This document shows, piece by piece, positions 45,681-56,125 of a stretch of DNA of 64,000 nucleotides. This DNA is from a virus. The position numbers were made by a program, and so were the translations under genes. Location: the IMG/VR virus record IMGVR_UViG_3300037427_002598, positions 5,120 through 69,119 of that record; one strand, 5' to 3'. The notes beneath the pieces are model-generated. The model saw nothing but the letters and a program-made list of their open reading frames with translations. It did no database searches and was not told the DNA's origin. Position 1 is the first letter of the stretch. Each line of letters starts with the position of its first letter.

Positions 45681-47399
45681 ATGAGTTATCAAAATCCACC
45701 GTGGCAAGCATTGATAGCCGGCCGCGCATCAAACATTGCTGGTAATTTCCTAAAAAAATTTGGAGAAGATTGGAAGATTAGAAATGATAGAGCAAATCAA
45801 CATAAATCTCAACAACAAAAAGCCTCTGATGCTAGACTAGCTAAATATCAAGAAGAATTAAAGAAAGATAAATATACTCTAAGACAAAACTTTCAAAAAG
45901 CTGGTTTAAAAAATGATGATTTTTTTAAATTAATGACAGGTTTAATTGATGAAAAGGGAGCTATTGAAATAGCCTTACCTACTATGTCTCCAGAAGAGCA
46001 GGTTGTTGCTAACGCTAGACTAGATCTAATTAAAGAACGATTAGTAACAGGTACGGATGATATTAAAACAATTGATAGTGGTATAAAAAGTGTAATTGCT
46101 CAAGAAATGGGATCTGATGTAGATGATATACCGGGTTTAAATAAACCAGGAGGATTAACAGGTGTTGGAAATGAAGAGTGGTGGAACAGAGTAAATGCAT
46201 TAGAAGGAAAAGCATTTGATGAAGATGGTAAAGTTCTTCCAATGCCAACGTTTGGATATCAGAAAGGTGGAACCGAGATATGGGCAACGAGATGTATCAA
46301 AGCAGATGCAGAAGGAAAATGTGTGGGTAAAACAGATTCTTTTAATATAAAAGAACTTTTGTCAGAACAAAGCAGGCCCGGTACTATATTAACTATAGGA
46401 ACTGATCAAAATAAGTTATGGGATAATATGAAAATAACCAATGATCAAGGAAAAGTATCTGATAGATTTTTATCACCAAAAGTATTTGGAGCAACAAGCG
46501 ATGATGGCAAAAACACATTTGATGTTCAACCAACTAATTACTCTAAAATACTTAATGATTACGGTGGAGAACTTGTAAAGCAAGTTGCTATATTATTAGA
46601 TTCTGAAGACGCAAAAGATATAAATGCCGCTTGGTTTTATTATGGTGGAGAAAGAGCATCTAAGCATGGAGCTATTCCTGAAAAAAATGGTAAGATAGAT
46701 TTAAATAGCGATGGTGCTTTGTTATTTCAAGATATGTATATTGAAATGGCCTTAAGTAACAACGTGCCTTTATATCAATTAGAAAATATTCAAGAGGTAA
46801 TTCCTTCAAGCGTAGATGAAGAAGCTTTACGAGAAGCTGGAGTATCAGATAAAGAAATAAGTAGAAGACAACAACTACAAAAAGATACAAGTTGGGAAGG
46901 TGAAGGAAATATAAAACAAGATAGAAAAAAATATCAGGCCCCAATTCAAGCTGAGCAAAAAAGTAATATTAAACCTGTTAAAGGTGGTGAAAGTAAATCA
47001 AAGAATAAATCTATAAATCAAATAACTAGTTTAATTAAAAATGCTGGAGTTAAAATACGAAAAGATAAATTAGGTGGTAATGCTATTTTAAAAATGATTC
47101 AAGAAAACCCACGACAATATGGGTTAACAGGTACTCAATTAGAAAAAATACTTACAACAGCTAAAGTAGCTAATCCTAAAAATAAAAGTAAAAATAATCC
47201 ATATGGATTAAATACAAGTGGAAACTCTGTAGAAGATATTAAAAGAGTATTAGAATTAATTCCTTCTATAAAAAAGGTTCTTAGTCCTCAAGAAGTATCT
47301 GATTTAGTAGATCAACAATTTAAGAAAATTGAACCATCGGAACAACAAGTTAATGAAGTTCTTGATGAACTTCGCGCAATGGTAGAAAACAGAAAGTAA
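45681..47399 (+). CDS. Ejection protein 2 (putative)
   Basis: 572 aa, between the pilot-like gene and the giant gene. Confidence 0.55.
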   Translation: MSYQNPPWQALIAGRASNIAGNFLKKFGEDWKIRNDRANQHKSQQQKASDARLAKYQEELKKDKYTLRQNFQKAGLKNDDFFKLMTGLIDEKGAIEIALPTMSPEEQVVANARLDLIKERLVTGTDDIKTIDSGIKSVIAQEMGSDVDDIPGLNKPGGLTGVGNEEWWNRVNALEGKAFDEDGKVLPMPTFGYQKGGTEIWATRCIKADAEGKCVGKTDSFNIKELLSEQSRPGTILTIGTDQNKLWDNMKITNDQGKVSDRFLSPKVFGATSDDGKNTFDVQPTNYSKILNDYGGELVKQVAILLDSEDAKDINAAWFYYGGERASKHGAIPEKNGKIDLNSDGALLFQDMYIEMALSNNVPLYQLENIQEVIPSSVDEEALREAGVSDKEISRRQQLQKDTSWEGEGNIKQDRKKYQAPIQAEQKSNIKPVKGGESKSKNKSINQITSLIKNAGVKIRKDKLGGNAILKMIQENPRQYGLTGTQLEKILTTAKVANPKNKSKNNPYGLNTSGNSVEDIKRVLELIPSIKKVLSPQEVSDLVDQQFKKIEPSEQQVNEVLDELRAMVENRK

Positions 47400-47409
47400 T
47401 ATACTATAC

Positions 47410-50400
47410 ATGGAGCCAATTGAAAAAATTATAAAAGACTTACTTGCTCAAGGTAAAAGCAAAGAAGAGGTGAATAAATATATACAAAATAATTATTCCC
47501 CTGAAGAAATTAAGTCTTTTGTTGGAACTGTTGGTAAAAGTACTACAAAACCTTCTACTTCTAGTTCAACTAATTTGTCTCAACAATTTGGTGTACCCTC
47601 AATTACTAAAGAACAAAAACAAAAAAAAGAAGGGGAAATTAAAAAGCGTAATATTGAAGCGGCTGAAGTAAGAAAAAACATTATAGATCAAACAGTAGAA
47701 ATGCCCGATAGTGAAATGGCATATGATATGTTTAAAACTTCTTACTTTGATTTAGTTAACAGAGGTCAAAAATGGATAGCAGATACTACGCCTTCTCGTT
47801 TAGGCCCTAAAGCAGGTCAGTATGTAGACACGCCAATGAAAGAGTTTTTAGATGAGGAAAAATTTAAACAGTGGGAAGAGTTTAATGAATTAGATGAAAA
47901 TGGGGAAATTAAAGGATGGGATAATGTAACTCCTATTGATGATGAAAACGCTTTAAATATTTCCAAGTTTAAAACACAGGCACAGAAAAGTGCTAGAATA
48001 CAAAAAACTCAAGATCTTACAAGAGAATTATCTGAAGACACTCAAATTGCTTTGAAGCAAGATAAAGAAGCTGGTTCTCCTATATTCAGTGAAAAATACG
48101 GTACAACTAAAGATGCTGAATTAGGTTTAAAAGAAATAGAAAATACATTTAAAATTTCACAACAAAAATTAACTAATCTAGCTGAAGAATGGGAAGAAAA
48201 AGGTGGAGATGAATTAACTAAAACATTATCGTCATATCAGAATACTTTAAAACAATTAACTGGAGATGATGGGGTAATGGATCCATTAGATTCCCCTGCT
48301 AGAATTCAAGAATATAATGAATTAGTAGGAAAATATAATAATGCCTTAGCTCAATATGAAAATATAGGTTTACAACTTATATCTAATGGAATAATAAAAG
48401 AACAACAAACTTTAGAAACAACATTAAATGACTGGCAAAATAAATCTAAAGAATTAGATACAAGAAAATCAGCTGAGCAAGCTGTTGGTTTGGATTATAG
48501 TTTTTTAACCCGTACCGGTATAACTTTAGAAGAATTTTTTGCAGGTGGAGCATATAATACAGCTTTATTAACTGGCCAAACTTATTTAAAATTTGAAAAA
48601 GCAAAACAAAAAGGTTTGCAGAAAGTTTTAAATCTTGTAGGGTTAAGTAATACAGACCATTTCGATCCAACTGAATTTGATAGTGCTATTAATTATCTTA
48701 GTAATACAGCACAAAATTATAATTACAGATTAGCGGCTAATAGAGAAAAAACGTTACCAGTTGCGCTTAAATTAGATGATATAGGTAGAGGAGAGATTGA
48801 TTTTTTTGATTGGGCTACTGATGCATTTGCAGAAAATTCAGGATCACTTGTTACAATGGCTATACCTGGTAGCGCAATAGGAAGAAGTGCTGTAGCTTTG
48901 AGAGCTCTTCGTGGTAAAGCACTAAAAAATATTGGGGATAAAACAGTTACTTCTGCATATGCAAAAAGTATAAAAGCCCATAGAAATCTTCAGCAAGGGG
49001 TATTAAGAACAGCAGAAGCCACCTTTTTTACAGCAGAAACAGGTATGGCGTATGGAGATATAGAATTAGATGTTTACAACGCAAAGAAATTAAGTGCCTC
49101 GATAAGAGAACAGTTGAAAACTACACCTGTAGAAGACGTTGAAACTTTTAAAGAATATTATGATTTATTAAATGAAGCAGATAGAATTACAAACTATAGC
49201 GTAGCTCAAAAGGCTTTTACATCTTATTTATCTGGAGGGATTGCTCTACTAGCTGAACGAGGTGGATCTTTAAGATTTATTAGAGGAACAGGTGATGTTA
49301 TAGCTAAAACTGGTAAAAAAGAATTTGAAAAGAAATTTGTGGACAGTGGGTTTAATTGGGCTGTGAATACCACTGGCGAAACATTATCAGGTTTAGGTAA
49401 AATTACAGTTGCTGGTACTACTATCAATCTTTTAGAAGAAGGAATTACTAAAATGGGCCAAAATCTTACAAAAATTGGAATTTTAGAAGAAGATATAAGC
49501 ATGTTTGAAGGAATCGATAAAGATTTTTTTGGAAATACTATTATTACCACGGGAGGCATGATTGCCCCAAGAGGCGCAACACATATTATTAATACATGGA
49601 AATCAGAAGTTAGAACCAGAGCCGAAGTTATAAATAATCAAAAATTAATTAAAGAATTAATTGATTTAAATGAAGAGAGTAAAAATTTAAAAGGTGATGC
49701 TCTAACAAAATCATTAAAAAAGAAACGAAAAATTATTAAAAAACTTGGTTTACAAGATGTATTATCTTTACACAAATTAAGATACTTGTCCCCAGAAGAA
49801 ATTAAAGAAGTTGGAGAAGTTAATCGAAGAATAAGATCTATTGCCGCTGACGGATATGGTAATTTGTATGAAATAGGAGATCCTAATTCACAAGAATATA
49901 AAGATACTAAAGAAAAACTAGATAAACAATTATATAGTTTGTGGGAAGAAAGAGATAATATTTTAAATAAAGGAAAAAAATACACTCAACAACAGGTTAA
50001 AGATTTAAGAGAAGAATATAAACAAAGAGCAAATAATCCACAACTACAAGAAATGATAGGGTTGCTTAACTTTGCTCACGATTTGGCAATTAGTGGACTT
50101 GGAACCAAGGGAGAATATATAGTTTTAACTGATGAAAAAAAATTGGACGAACAATTATCAAAATATGACAAAAAAACTATAAATAATATTAAAGAAAGAT
50201 TTCGTAAAGGAGATGTTTATGGAACGGTTGAAGGGAATGATATAATAATATTTGAACCTACTATTCACCGTATTATAGCAACTCAAGCTGCTGATGCTTC
50301 TTATGCTGCGATTGCCCCTATTGAAGAATTATTTCATCTTTATAATAAAAATAAACCTATTTATAATGATAAAGGTGAATTAAAAGAAGATGCTAGATTA

Positions 50401-53400
50401 GCTATAGATCAAATGATAGAAATGTTAAGGTCTAAAATTGGTGATAAAAAACAATATGAGCAACTAATTGCGCGGTTAAATTCATATAAATTACAAGGGG
50501 AAAAAGGTAAGGTTGTTACAAAAGAAGGCAAAAGAGGAGAAGCTCAAGCAGACTATGAAGAATTATTAACTCAAATTAGAAACGCTGTTCAACTAGGGTT
50601 ATTAGATGAACAAGATTTTAGTGAAGTCCCTTCGTTAATGCAATATATTAATAATGCTATTAAGGAAGCTTTTGGAGATGCTAGTTGGATATATCAAATG
50701 AATACTCCTGCCGACGTATTTAAATATATTCAAAGATTTAATACTAGTCTTAAAAAAGGTACTATTTCAATAGAAGGAACTGAAGAAGACGAAAGAATAG
50801 ATAAAGAATCAAAAGTTGTATCTGATAAAATAGATTCATACGTCGGACCTCTCGCTTCAAATCAAAGTAGATATATAATGTCTAAAGAGGAATGGGATAA
50901 TACAGGTATTAACAAGGCTTATAGAGAATTAATTATTGGAGACGCGTTAGAGCCTCTTATTAATAAAGGTATTTTTGGTCAAAGTATACAAGGACAATCA
51001 CGAGAAACGTTTGTACAAAGCGTTAAAGATAAAATAGCGGATGAACTTATTAAATTTAATCCTGAAGTAAATAACAGTTTGTCAGGATTTATTAATAGTC
51101 GGTTAGGGTTTAGAAAAGGAGATGTTTTAAAAGAAATAAAAAAAGATAAAAGTCAAAGTCTAGAAGATACAAGTGTTAAACTACAACCTAAGGCTGAAGA
51201 AGGATCTATAATAGTTGATGAAGAAAAAGTTGCGTCTGAGCTTAGACCAGCTTTAGCTATAGAAGAAGGAGATAAAGTATATGATGCTGTAAAACAAGGT
51301 GTTAGAGATATATTAAAAGGAAAACTTCCTGCTCCAACCGATAAAGGTTTTGTAAGTACTGTAAATAAAGAGGCAAGAGATAGATTATTTGATGTGGTAG
51401 AAAAGTTAGTTGTAGGAGAAACAGACGCTATAGATCCTGATTTTATAACACAAAAAGTTCCTAATATCATAAAAGCTTTACCTGTAAAAGATTTAGTAAA
51501 ATTAGAACGATTAGAAAAAAATAAAATATTTGCTAAAGATTTAGGAAGATTAAGTCCTACAGAAACAGATAAAGCGATAGCTGAAAACAAACTTCCTAAA
51601 ACAACTAATAGATTATCAGGTCCTAGACTTTGGGAAAAAATGCCTGTTACAGAAGAACAGTTAAAAAACTTTTTTACTCAAGAAAGAAAAGCGGCTTTAG
51701 TTGGTGTTATTGCAGAAAATCTAATTAAAGATGCAATGCCTGAAACTCAATTAGAGCCTGAAACAAAAAAACGTAGAAAAGTTGCTGAACAAAGTCAAGG
51801 TAGAAAAACAGATGAAACAGATAGAGCAAATATATTAAGTGTAATAGATAGAGATCCTTATCTTAAGTTTTCTAAAGCAGTACTTACTCCTGATCAAAGA
51901 ATTGAGTTTAATAAAAAAGGTGTAAATATTGTTTCAGGTATAAACAACGCTATAGATAATCAAGGATTATCTGTATTCAAAGCCACTTTATTTTCTTTAA
52001 CAGAAAACTTACGTGATTTAAATATTCCACAAGAAGCATTAATTAAATTTGCTAAAAAATATGCTCCCGCAGTTAAAAAATTTATTAAAAATTTAAATAA
52101 AAATCTTGTTTCAAAATCTGAATTTGGTAAAGTAACTCAAGAAGATGTTGAAAAAACTTTATTAAGTTATGCTCTAGGAGATGCGTTGGGTTTATCAGAA
52201 ACAGCAGGAAGCTTGTTTGATAATAAAAAATCAATGAAAAAATACGACAATAGAACTCATGTGGAAGAGTTTAGACGTATTTATATAGGCTTCGCATTAG
52301 ATCGAATAAATAAAAAAGGAGATTTACCTGGATTAATAGATATATTGAAATTTTATAAAGATTTTAATACTACAGCAGGTAAAATTGGCTCGGGTAAAGG
52401 AGGTACAAATAGATATCAAGCTTTTGAAGGGTCTAAAGATTTCTTTGATTTTATTAATGAAAATTTAAAAGATAAAGGTATTGAAATAATAATCAATAAA
52501 ACAGGAACTGGTTGGGTTCCTGTAAATATTGAAATAAATGGAGTAAAACAATTTGAAAATACAAAAGAACTTAATAAGGTATTAAAATTAAGACCTCAAA
52601 AAAATAATCTTGCTGAATCTGAAATTGAAAAAAATTATTTATTAGGGGAAAAAGAAGCAGGACAAGCTTTTGATGCTATGGTAGATTACCTTGGTTATGT
52701 AAAAAAGAACGGGGATAAAGCACAATTTGGCATGTCTTTAATGGCCCTTAAATCTAATATGAGTGCTTTAGGAAAACGTGTTGCTTATCCTAAATATTTT
52801 TATGTGGGCAAAGCTAAAGGACCAATAAGATTTGAACACATGTATCCTTCTCTAGTTTTAGCTAAAGATATGATTGATTATTTTTATAGTGACAAAAAAG
52901 TTGATCTAGAAACAATTAAAAAAAATCAATTAGTTGCAATGATTCCTATTGAAATGGATACAAGAATAAATATTTTGCATCAAGATTCTTTTCCTTCCTG
53001 GTGGAATATAAAAATGGGTGTTTTACCAAGGTATTATAATGCATTGAATAAAGGTTATAGAGATATGTACGCTTTAAAGTCTTTAGGTGGAAAAGATAAA
53101 GGGAAAATATATGGAAAAGAGTTTTTACCTTTAAATAAATCTATTCAAAAAGCAACTATTAGTAATAAAGAAAAACTTCCAAAGCTTGTTAAATTTAGTA
53201 AAGCTGTAATAAATCAAGAGGTATTAAATGAAATGGCTGTTCTTGACACTGAACAGTCAGAGGCTCAAATGAAATATAGTAAAGTTGTTGGGCTAAATGA
53301 AGAGTTTAATAAAATATTAGAAAATAAAACTGGTATTGGTGCTGATAAAGTTTATTCAGATGTTAAAGCTCAAGTAGTTGGTGCTAATAAAGGTAATTTT

Positions 53401-55263
53401 AATTTCTTTGTTCCTCCATCTGCTGAAGATTTTGTAGGGTTATTATATAAAACTTTAGGTAAAGGAAAACTTGGGGATGCTCAAATGGCTTGGTATAAAA
53501 AGAATTTATTAGATCCTTTTGCAAGGGCTATGGATAATATATCAAGAGATAGAATAGCTCTTATGAATGATTTTAAAACTCTTAAAAAAGAATTAAAAAT
53601 TGTTCCTAAAAATTTAAAGAAAAAATTACCTGGTGAACCATTTACCCAAGAACAAGCTATAAGAACTTATATTTGGAACAGACAAGGAATGTCACCAGAC
53701 GGTATGTCTAAAGCAGATTTAAAAGAACTTATAGATTTTGTAGAAAGTAAACCAGAATTAGTTGCTTTTGCTGATCAATTAATTGCAATGCAAAAAGGAG
53801 ATCAATATCCGGCTCCTAAACCTGGGTGGTTAGCGGGAAATATCACTACCGATTTAATGGATGGAATTAATACTATTAAAAGAGGTAAATATTTAGAGCA
53901 ATGGCAATACAACGTAGATGAAATATTTAGTAAAGCTAATTTAAATAAACTTGAAGCTGCTTATGGTAAAGGATATAGAACTGCGTTAGAAAGTATATTA
54001 AAACGAATGCGTACTGGTAGAAATAGAGAGTTTACTTCTGATTCTTTAACAGGTAGAGTTACTGATTGGTTAACTAATTCTATTGGTGCTATTATGTTTT
54101 TTAATACAAGATCAGCTGTTCTTCAAACAATATCTGCTGCAAACTTTATAAATTTTGAAGATAATAATATATTTGCTGCTGGTAAAGCATTTGCAAATCA
54201 ACCTCAGTTTTGGAAAGATTTTATTACACTTTTTAATAGTGACTTTTTAGTAGATAGAAGAAACGGATTAAGATTAAATGTTAATGAAGCAGATATAGCT
54301 GATATGGCTAAAAAAGGTGGAGTAAGAGGAGTTATAAGCGAATTGCTTAGAATAGGATTTCTACCTACTCAAATAGCAGATAGTTTTGCTATATCTTCTG
54401 GTGGTTCTACTTTTTATAGAAATAGAATAAAAAAATATACAAAAGAAGGAATGTCTAAAGCTGAAGCGGAGAATCAAGCTTTTATAGATTTTAGAGAAAT
54501 AGCAGAAGAATCTCAACAATCAAGTAGACCTGATAGAATTAGTATGCAACAAGCTGGGCCATTAGGGCGTGTTATATTAGCTTTTGCTAATACTCCAATG
54601 CAATATACTAGATTGATTAAAAAAGCCGCTAGTGATCTTAAGAATGGTCGAGGTAATCCATTAACTAATATATCTAAAATATTTTATTATGGATTTGTAC
54701 AAAATTTATTTTTCAATGCAATGCAGCAAGCTTTATTCGCTATAGGCTTTGGAGATGATGAAGAAGAAACAGAAAAAAGAGAAGAAAAATATGTTAATAT
54801 AGTAAATTCTATGGCTGATAGTATATTAAGAGGCTCTGGTGTAGGTGGTGCTATATTTTCCGTATTAAAAAATACAGCTATAAAATTAAGTAGAGAAGCT
54901 GATAAAAAATCACCTAAATTTCAAGATGTATTAGTAAAAGAAATAGCACAGTTATCTCCTCCTATATCTTCTAAATTAAGTAAATTAAGAGCGGCTGGTA
55001 GATCTTATTCTTGGAACAAAAAAGAGATGATGGAAAAAGGATTTTCTTTAGATAATCCTGCATATTTAGCAGCAGGTCAAGTTATAGCTGCTACTACAAA
55101 TGTTCCACTGGATAGGGCATTTAAGAAAATTGATAATATAAGAAAAGCTAGTAGCTCAGATTATGAAGCGTGGGCTAGAATTGCTATGCTTGCTGGGTGG
55201 TCTGATTGGGAATTAGGTGTTAAAAAATCTGAATCAAATAAAAAAGATAAAGTTATTTATTAA
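47410..55263 (+). CDS. Giant ejection / large polyvalent protein
   Basis: 2617 aa; helical C-terminal region typical of ejection proteins; internal degenerate zincin (EELFH), sigma-r2-like and HNH-like segments. Confidence 0.75.
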   Translation: MEPIEKIIKDLLAQGKSKEEVNKYIQNNYSPEEIKSFVGTVGKSTTKPSTSSSTNLSQQFGVPSITKEQKQKKEGEIKKRNIEAAEVRKNIIDQTVEMPDSEMAYDMFKTSYFDLVNRGQKWIADTTPSRLGPKAGQYVDTPMKEFLDEEKFKQWEEFNELDENGEIKGWDNVTPIDDENALNISKFKTQAQKSARIQKTQDLTRELSEDTQIALKQDKEAGSPIFSEKYGTTKDAELGLKEIENTFKISQQKLTNLAEEWEEKGGDELTKTLSSYQNTLKQLTGDDGVMDPLDSPARIQEYNELVGKYNNALAQYENIGLQLISNGIIKEQQTLETTLNDWQNKSKELDTRKSAEQAVGLDYSFLTRTGITLEEFFAGGAYNTALLTGQTYLKFEKAKQKGLQKVLNLVGLSNTDHFDPTEFDSAINYLSNTAQNYNYRLAANREKTLPVALKLDDIGRGEIDFFDWATDAFAENSGSLVTMAIPGSAIGRSAVALRALRGKALKNIGDKTVTSAYAKSIKAHRNLQQGVLRTAEATFFTAETGMAYGDIELDVYNAKKLSASIREQLKTTPVEDVETFKEYYDLLNEADRITNYSVAQKAFTSYLSGGIALLAERGGSLRFIRGTGDVIAKTGKKEFEKKFVDSGFNWAVNTTGETLSGLGKITVAGTTINLLEEGITKMGQNLTKIGILEEDISMFEGIDKDFFGNTIITTGGMIAPRGATHIINTWKSEVRTRAEVINNQKLIKELIDLNEESKNLKGDALTKSLKKKRKIIKKLGLQDVLSLHKLRYLSPEEIKEVGEVNRRIRSIAADGYGNLYEIGDPNSQEYKDTKEKLDKQLYSLWEERDNILNKGKKYTQQQVKDLREEYKQRANNPQLQEMIGLLNFAHDLAISGLGTKGEYIVLTDEKKLDEQLSKYDKKTINNIKERFRKGDVYGTVEGNDIIIFEPTIHRIIATQAADASYAAIAPIEELFHLYNKNKPIYNDKGELKEDARLAIDQMIEMLRSKIGDKKQYEQLIARLNSYKLQGEKGKVVTKEGKRGEAQADYEELLTQIRNAVQLGLLDEQDFSEVPSLMQYINNAIKEAFGDASWIYQMNTPADVFKYIQRFNTSLKKGTISIEGTEEDERIDKESKVVSDKIDSYVGPLASNQSRYIMSKEEWDNTGINKAYRELIIGDALEPLINKGIFGQSIQGQSRETFVQSVKDKIADELIKFNPEVNNSLSGFINSRLGFRKGDVLKEIKKDKSQSLEDTSVKLQPKAEEGSIIVDEEKVASELRPALAIEEGDKVYDAVKQGVRDILKGKLPAPTDKGFVSTVNKEARDRLFDVVEKLVVGETDAIDPDFITQKVPNIIKALPVKDLVKLERLEKNKIFAKDLGRLSPTETDKAIAENKLPKTTNRLSGPRLWEKMPVTEEQLKNFFTQERKAALVGVIAENLIKDAMPETQLEPETKKRRKVAEQSQGRKTDETDRANILSVIDRDPYLKFSKAVLTPDQRIEFNKKGVNIVSGINNAIDNQGLSVFKATLFSLTENLRDLNIPQEALIKFAKKYAPAVKKFIKNLNKNLVSKSEFGKVTQEDVEKTLLSYALGDALGLSETAGSLFDNKKSMKKYDNRTHVEEFRRIYIGFALDRINKKGDLPGLIDILKFYKDFNTTAGKIGSGKGGTNRYQAFEGSKDFFDFINENLKDKGIEIIINKTGTGWVPVNIEINGVKQFENTKELNKVLKLRPQKNNLAESEIEKNYLLGEKEAGQAFDAMVDYLGYVKKNGDKAQFGMSLMALKSNMSALGKRVAYPKYFYVGKAKGPIRFEHMYPSLVLAKDMIDYFYSDKKVDLETIKKNQLVAMIPIEMDTRINILHQDSFPSWWNIKMGVLPRYYNALNKGYRDMYALKSLGGKDKGKIYGKEFLPLNKSIQKATISNKEKLPKLVKFSKAVINQEVLNEMAVLDTEQSEAQMKYSKVVGLNEEFNKILENKTGIGADKVYSDVKAQVVGANKGNFNFFVPPSAEDFVGLLYKTLGKGKLGDAQMAWYKKNLLDPFARAMDNISRDRIALMNDFKTLKKELKIVPKNLKKKLPGEPFTQEQAIRTYIWNRQGMSPDGMSKADLKELIDFVESKPELVAFADQLIAMQKGDQYPAPKPGWLAGNITTDLMDGINTIKRGKYLEQWQYNVDEIFSKANLNKLEAAYGKGYRTALESILKRMRTGRNREFTSDSLTGRVTDWLTNSIGAIMFFNTRSAVLQTISAANFINFEDNNIFAAGKAFANQPQFWKDFITLFNSDFLVDRRNGLRLNVNEADIADMAKKGGVRGVISELLRIGFLPTQIADSFAISSGGSTFYRNRIKKYTKEGMSKAEAENQAFIDFREIAEESQQSSRPDRISMQQAGPLGRVILAFANTPMQYTRLIKKAASDLKNGRGNPLTNISKIFYYGFVQNLFFNAMQQALFAIGFGDDEEETEKREEKYVNIVNSMADSILRGSGVGGAIFSVLKNTAIKLSREADKKSPKFQDVLVKEIAQLSPPISSKLSKLRAAGRSYSWNKKEMMEKGFSLDNPAYLAAGQVIAATTNVPLDRAFKKIDNIRKASSSDYEAWARIAMLAGWSDWELGVKKSESNKKDKVIY

Positions 55264-55278
55264 TTTAAGATTTAAAAA

Positions 55279-55695
55279 ATGATTAAAAACGGAGTTGCAA
55301 AAGAAATACGCCATTATACCGGCGCAATAGGTATATTCTTGTTTGTTGTAGGGATACTTGTATTTTTATCATACAATGAAATTCCAAATATGAATAAAGA
55401 CGTAGTAGTTTCAATCATTGGTATGATTGTAGGTTCATTATCTGTTGTAATTATGACGGTTATTGGTCGTAATCCAGATGAAGTAAACGAACTTAAAAAA
55501 CAAAATGAAGGTTTAAATTCTAAAGTAGATCATCTTGTTACTCAAAAAGATGAACTTGAAAAAATGTTAATTAAAATTCAAACAAATATGATTGATCAAT
55601 TAACATTATTAGGTGCCAATGCATTTGATACTATGTATAGTAAAAATAAAAAATGCACTTGTGGTGAAAACAATTGTAAATGTAAAGGAAAATAA
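55279..55695 (+). CDS. Two-TM membrane protein with coiled coil and Cys-rich tail
   Basis: Two hydrophobic helices, heptad region, C-terminal CTCGENNCKC. Confidence 0.65.
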   Translation: MIKNGVAKEIRHYTGAIGIFLFVVGILVFLSYNEIPNMNKDVVVSIIGMIVGSLSVVIMTVIGRNPDEVNELKKQNEGLNSKVDHLVTQKDELEKMLIKIQTNMIDQLTLLGANAFDTMYSKNKKCTCGENNCKCKGK

Positions 55696-55696
55696 T

Positions 55697-55984
55697 ATGA
55701 AAAGTAATAGCTCTTTTAAAATAACAGACGCAGCTTACGAAAAGCAAAATAGAAAAATGCGTAGTAAGCATAAAAGTCAAACTGGTAAAACATTAGGATC
55801 TAGACAAACTAGTGGTAAAGGTAAAAGAAGAATATCTTTTGCTTGTAGATTTGCTGGTATGGCAGGCGCAATGAAAGATTCTAAAGGACAACCTACAAAA
55901 AAAGCAATAGCTTTAAAAAAATGGGGATTTGGCAGTGTTGGTGCTGCTAGAAATTTTTGTAATTCAAATAAAGAAAAAAAATAA
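55697..55984 (+). CDS. Small basic protein with RRxSFxxR..GM...KA.AL.KWG module
   Basis: Likely start MKSNSSFK at 55697; the module is common in small phage head-associated proteins. Confidence 0.65.
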   Translation: MKSNSSFKITDAAYEKQNRKMRSKHKSQTGKTLGSRQTSGKGKRRISFACRFAGMAGAMKDSKGQPTKKAIALKKWGFGSVGAARNFCNSNKEKK

Positions 55985-55986
55985 TC

Positions 55987-56124
55987 ATGGGATATTCACA
56001 AACTAATTCACCTTTTGCTAAGAAAAAAACATCTTGTTGGAAAGGTTATAGTAATATAGTTAAAGGTAAAAAAACTTATAAAAAGAAAGGTGGAAAAATG
56101 GTTCCCGACTGTAAACCTATATAA
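55987..56124 (+). CDS. 45-aa basic protein, SPF tag plus CWKGY...VPxC module
   Basis: Manual translation MGYSQTNSPFAKKKTSCWKGYSNIVKGKKTYKKKGGKMVPDCKPI. Confidence 0.7.
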   Translation: MGYSQTNSPFAKKKTSCWKGYSNIVKGKKTYKKKGGKMVPDCKPI

Positions 56125-56125
56125 A

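Noticed and set aside
47410-55263. Virion RNA polymerase as in crAss-like phages
   Set aside because: No DxDxD (DFDxD) catalytic motif was found by eye in this protein or in the 45681 ORF.
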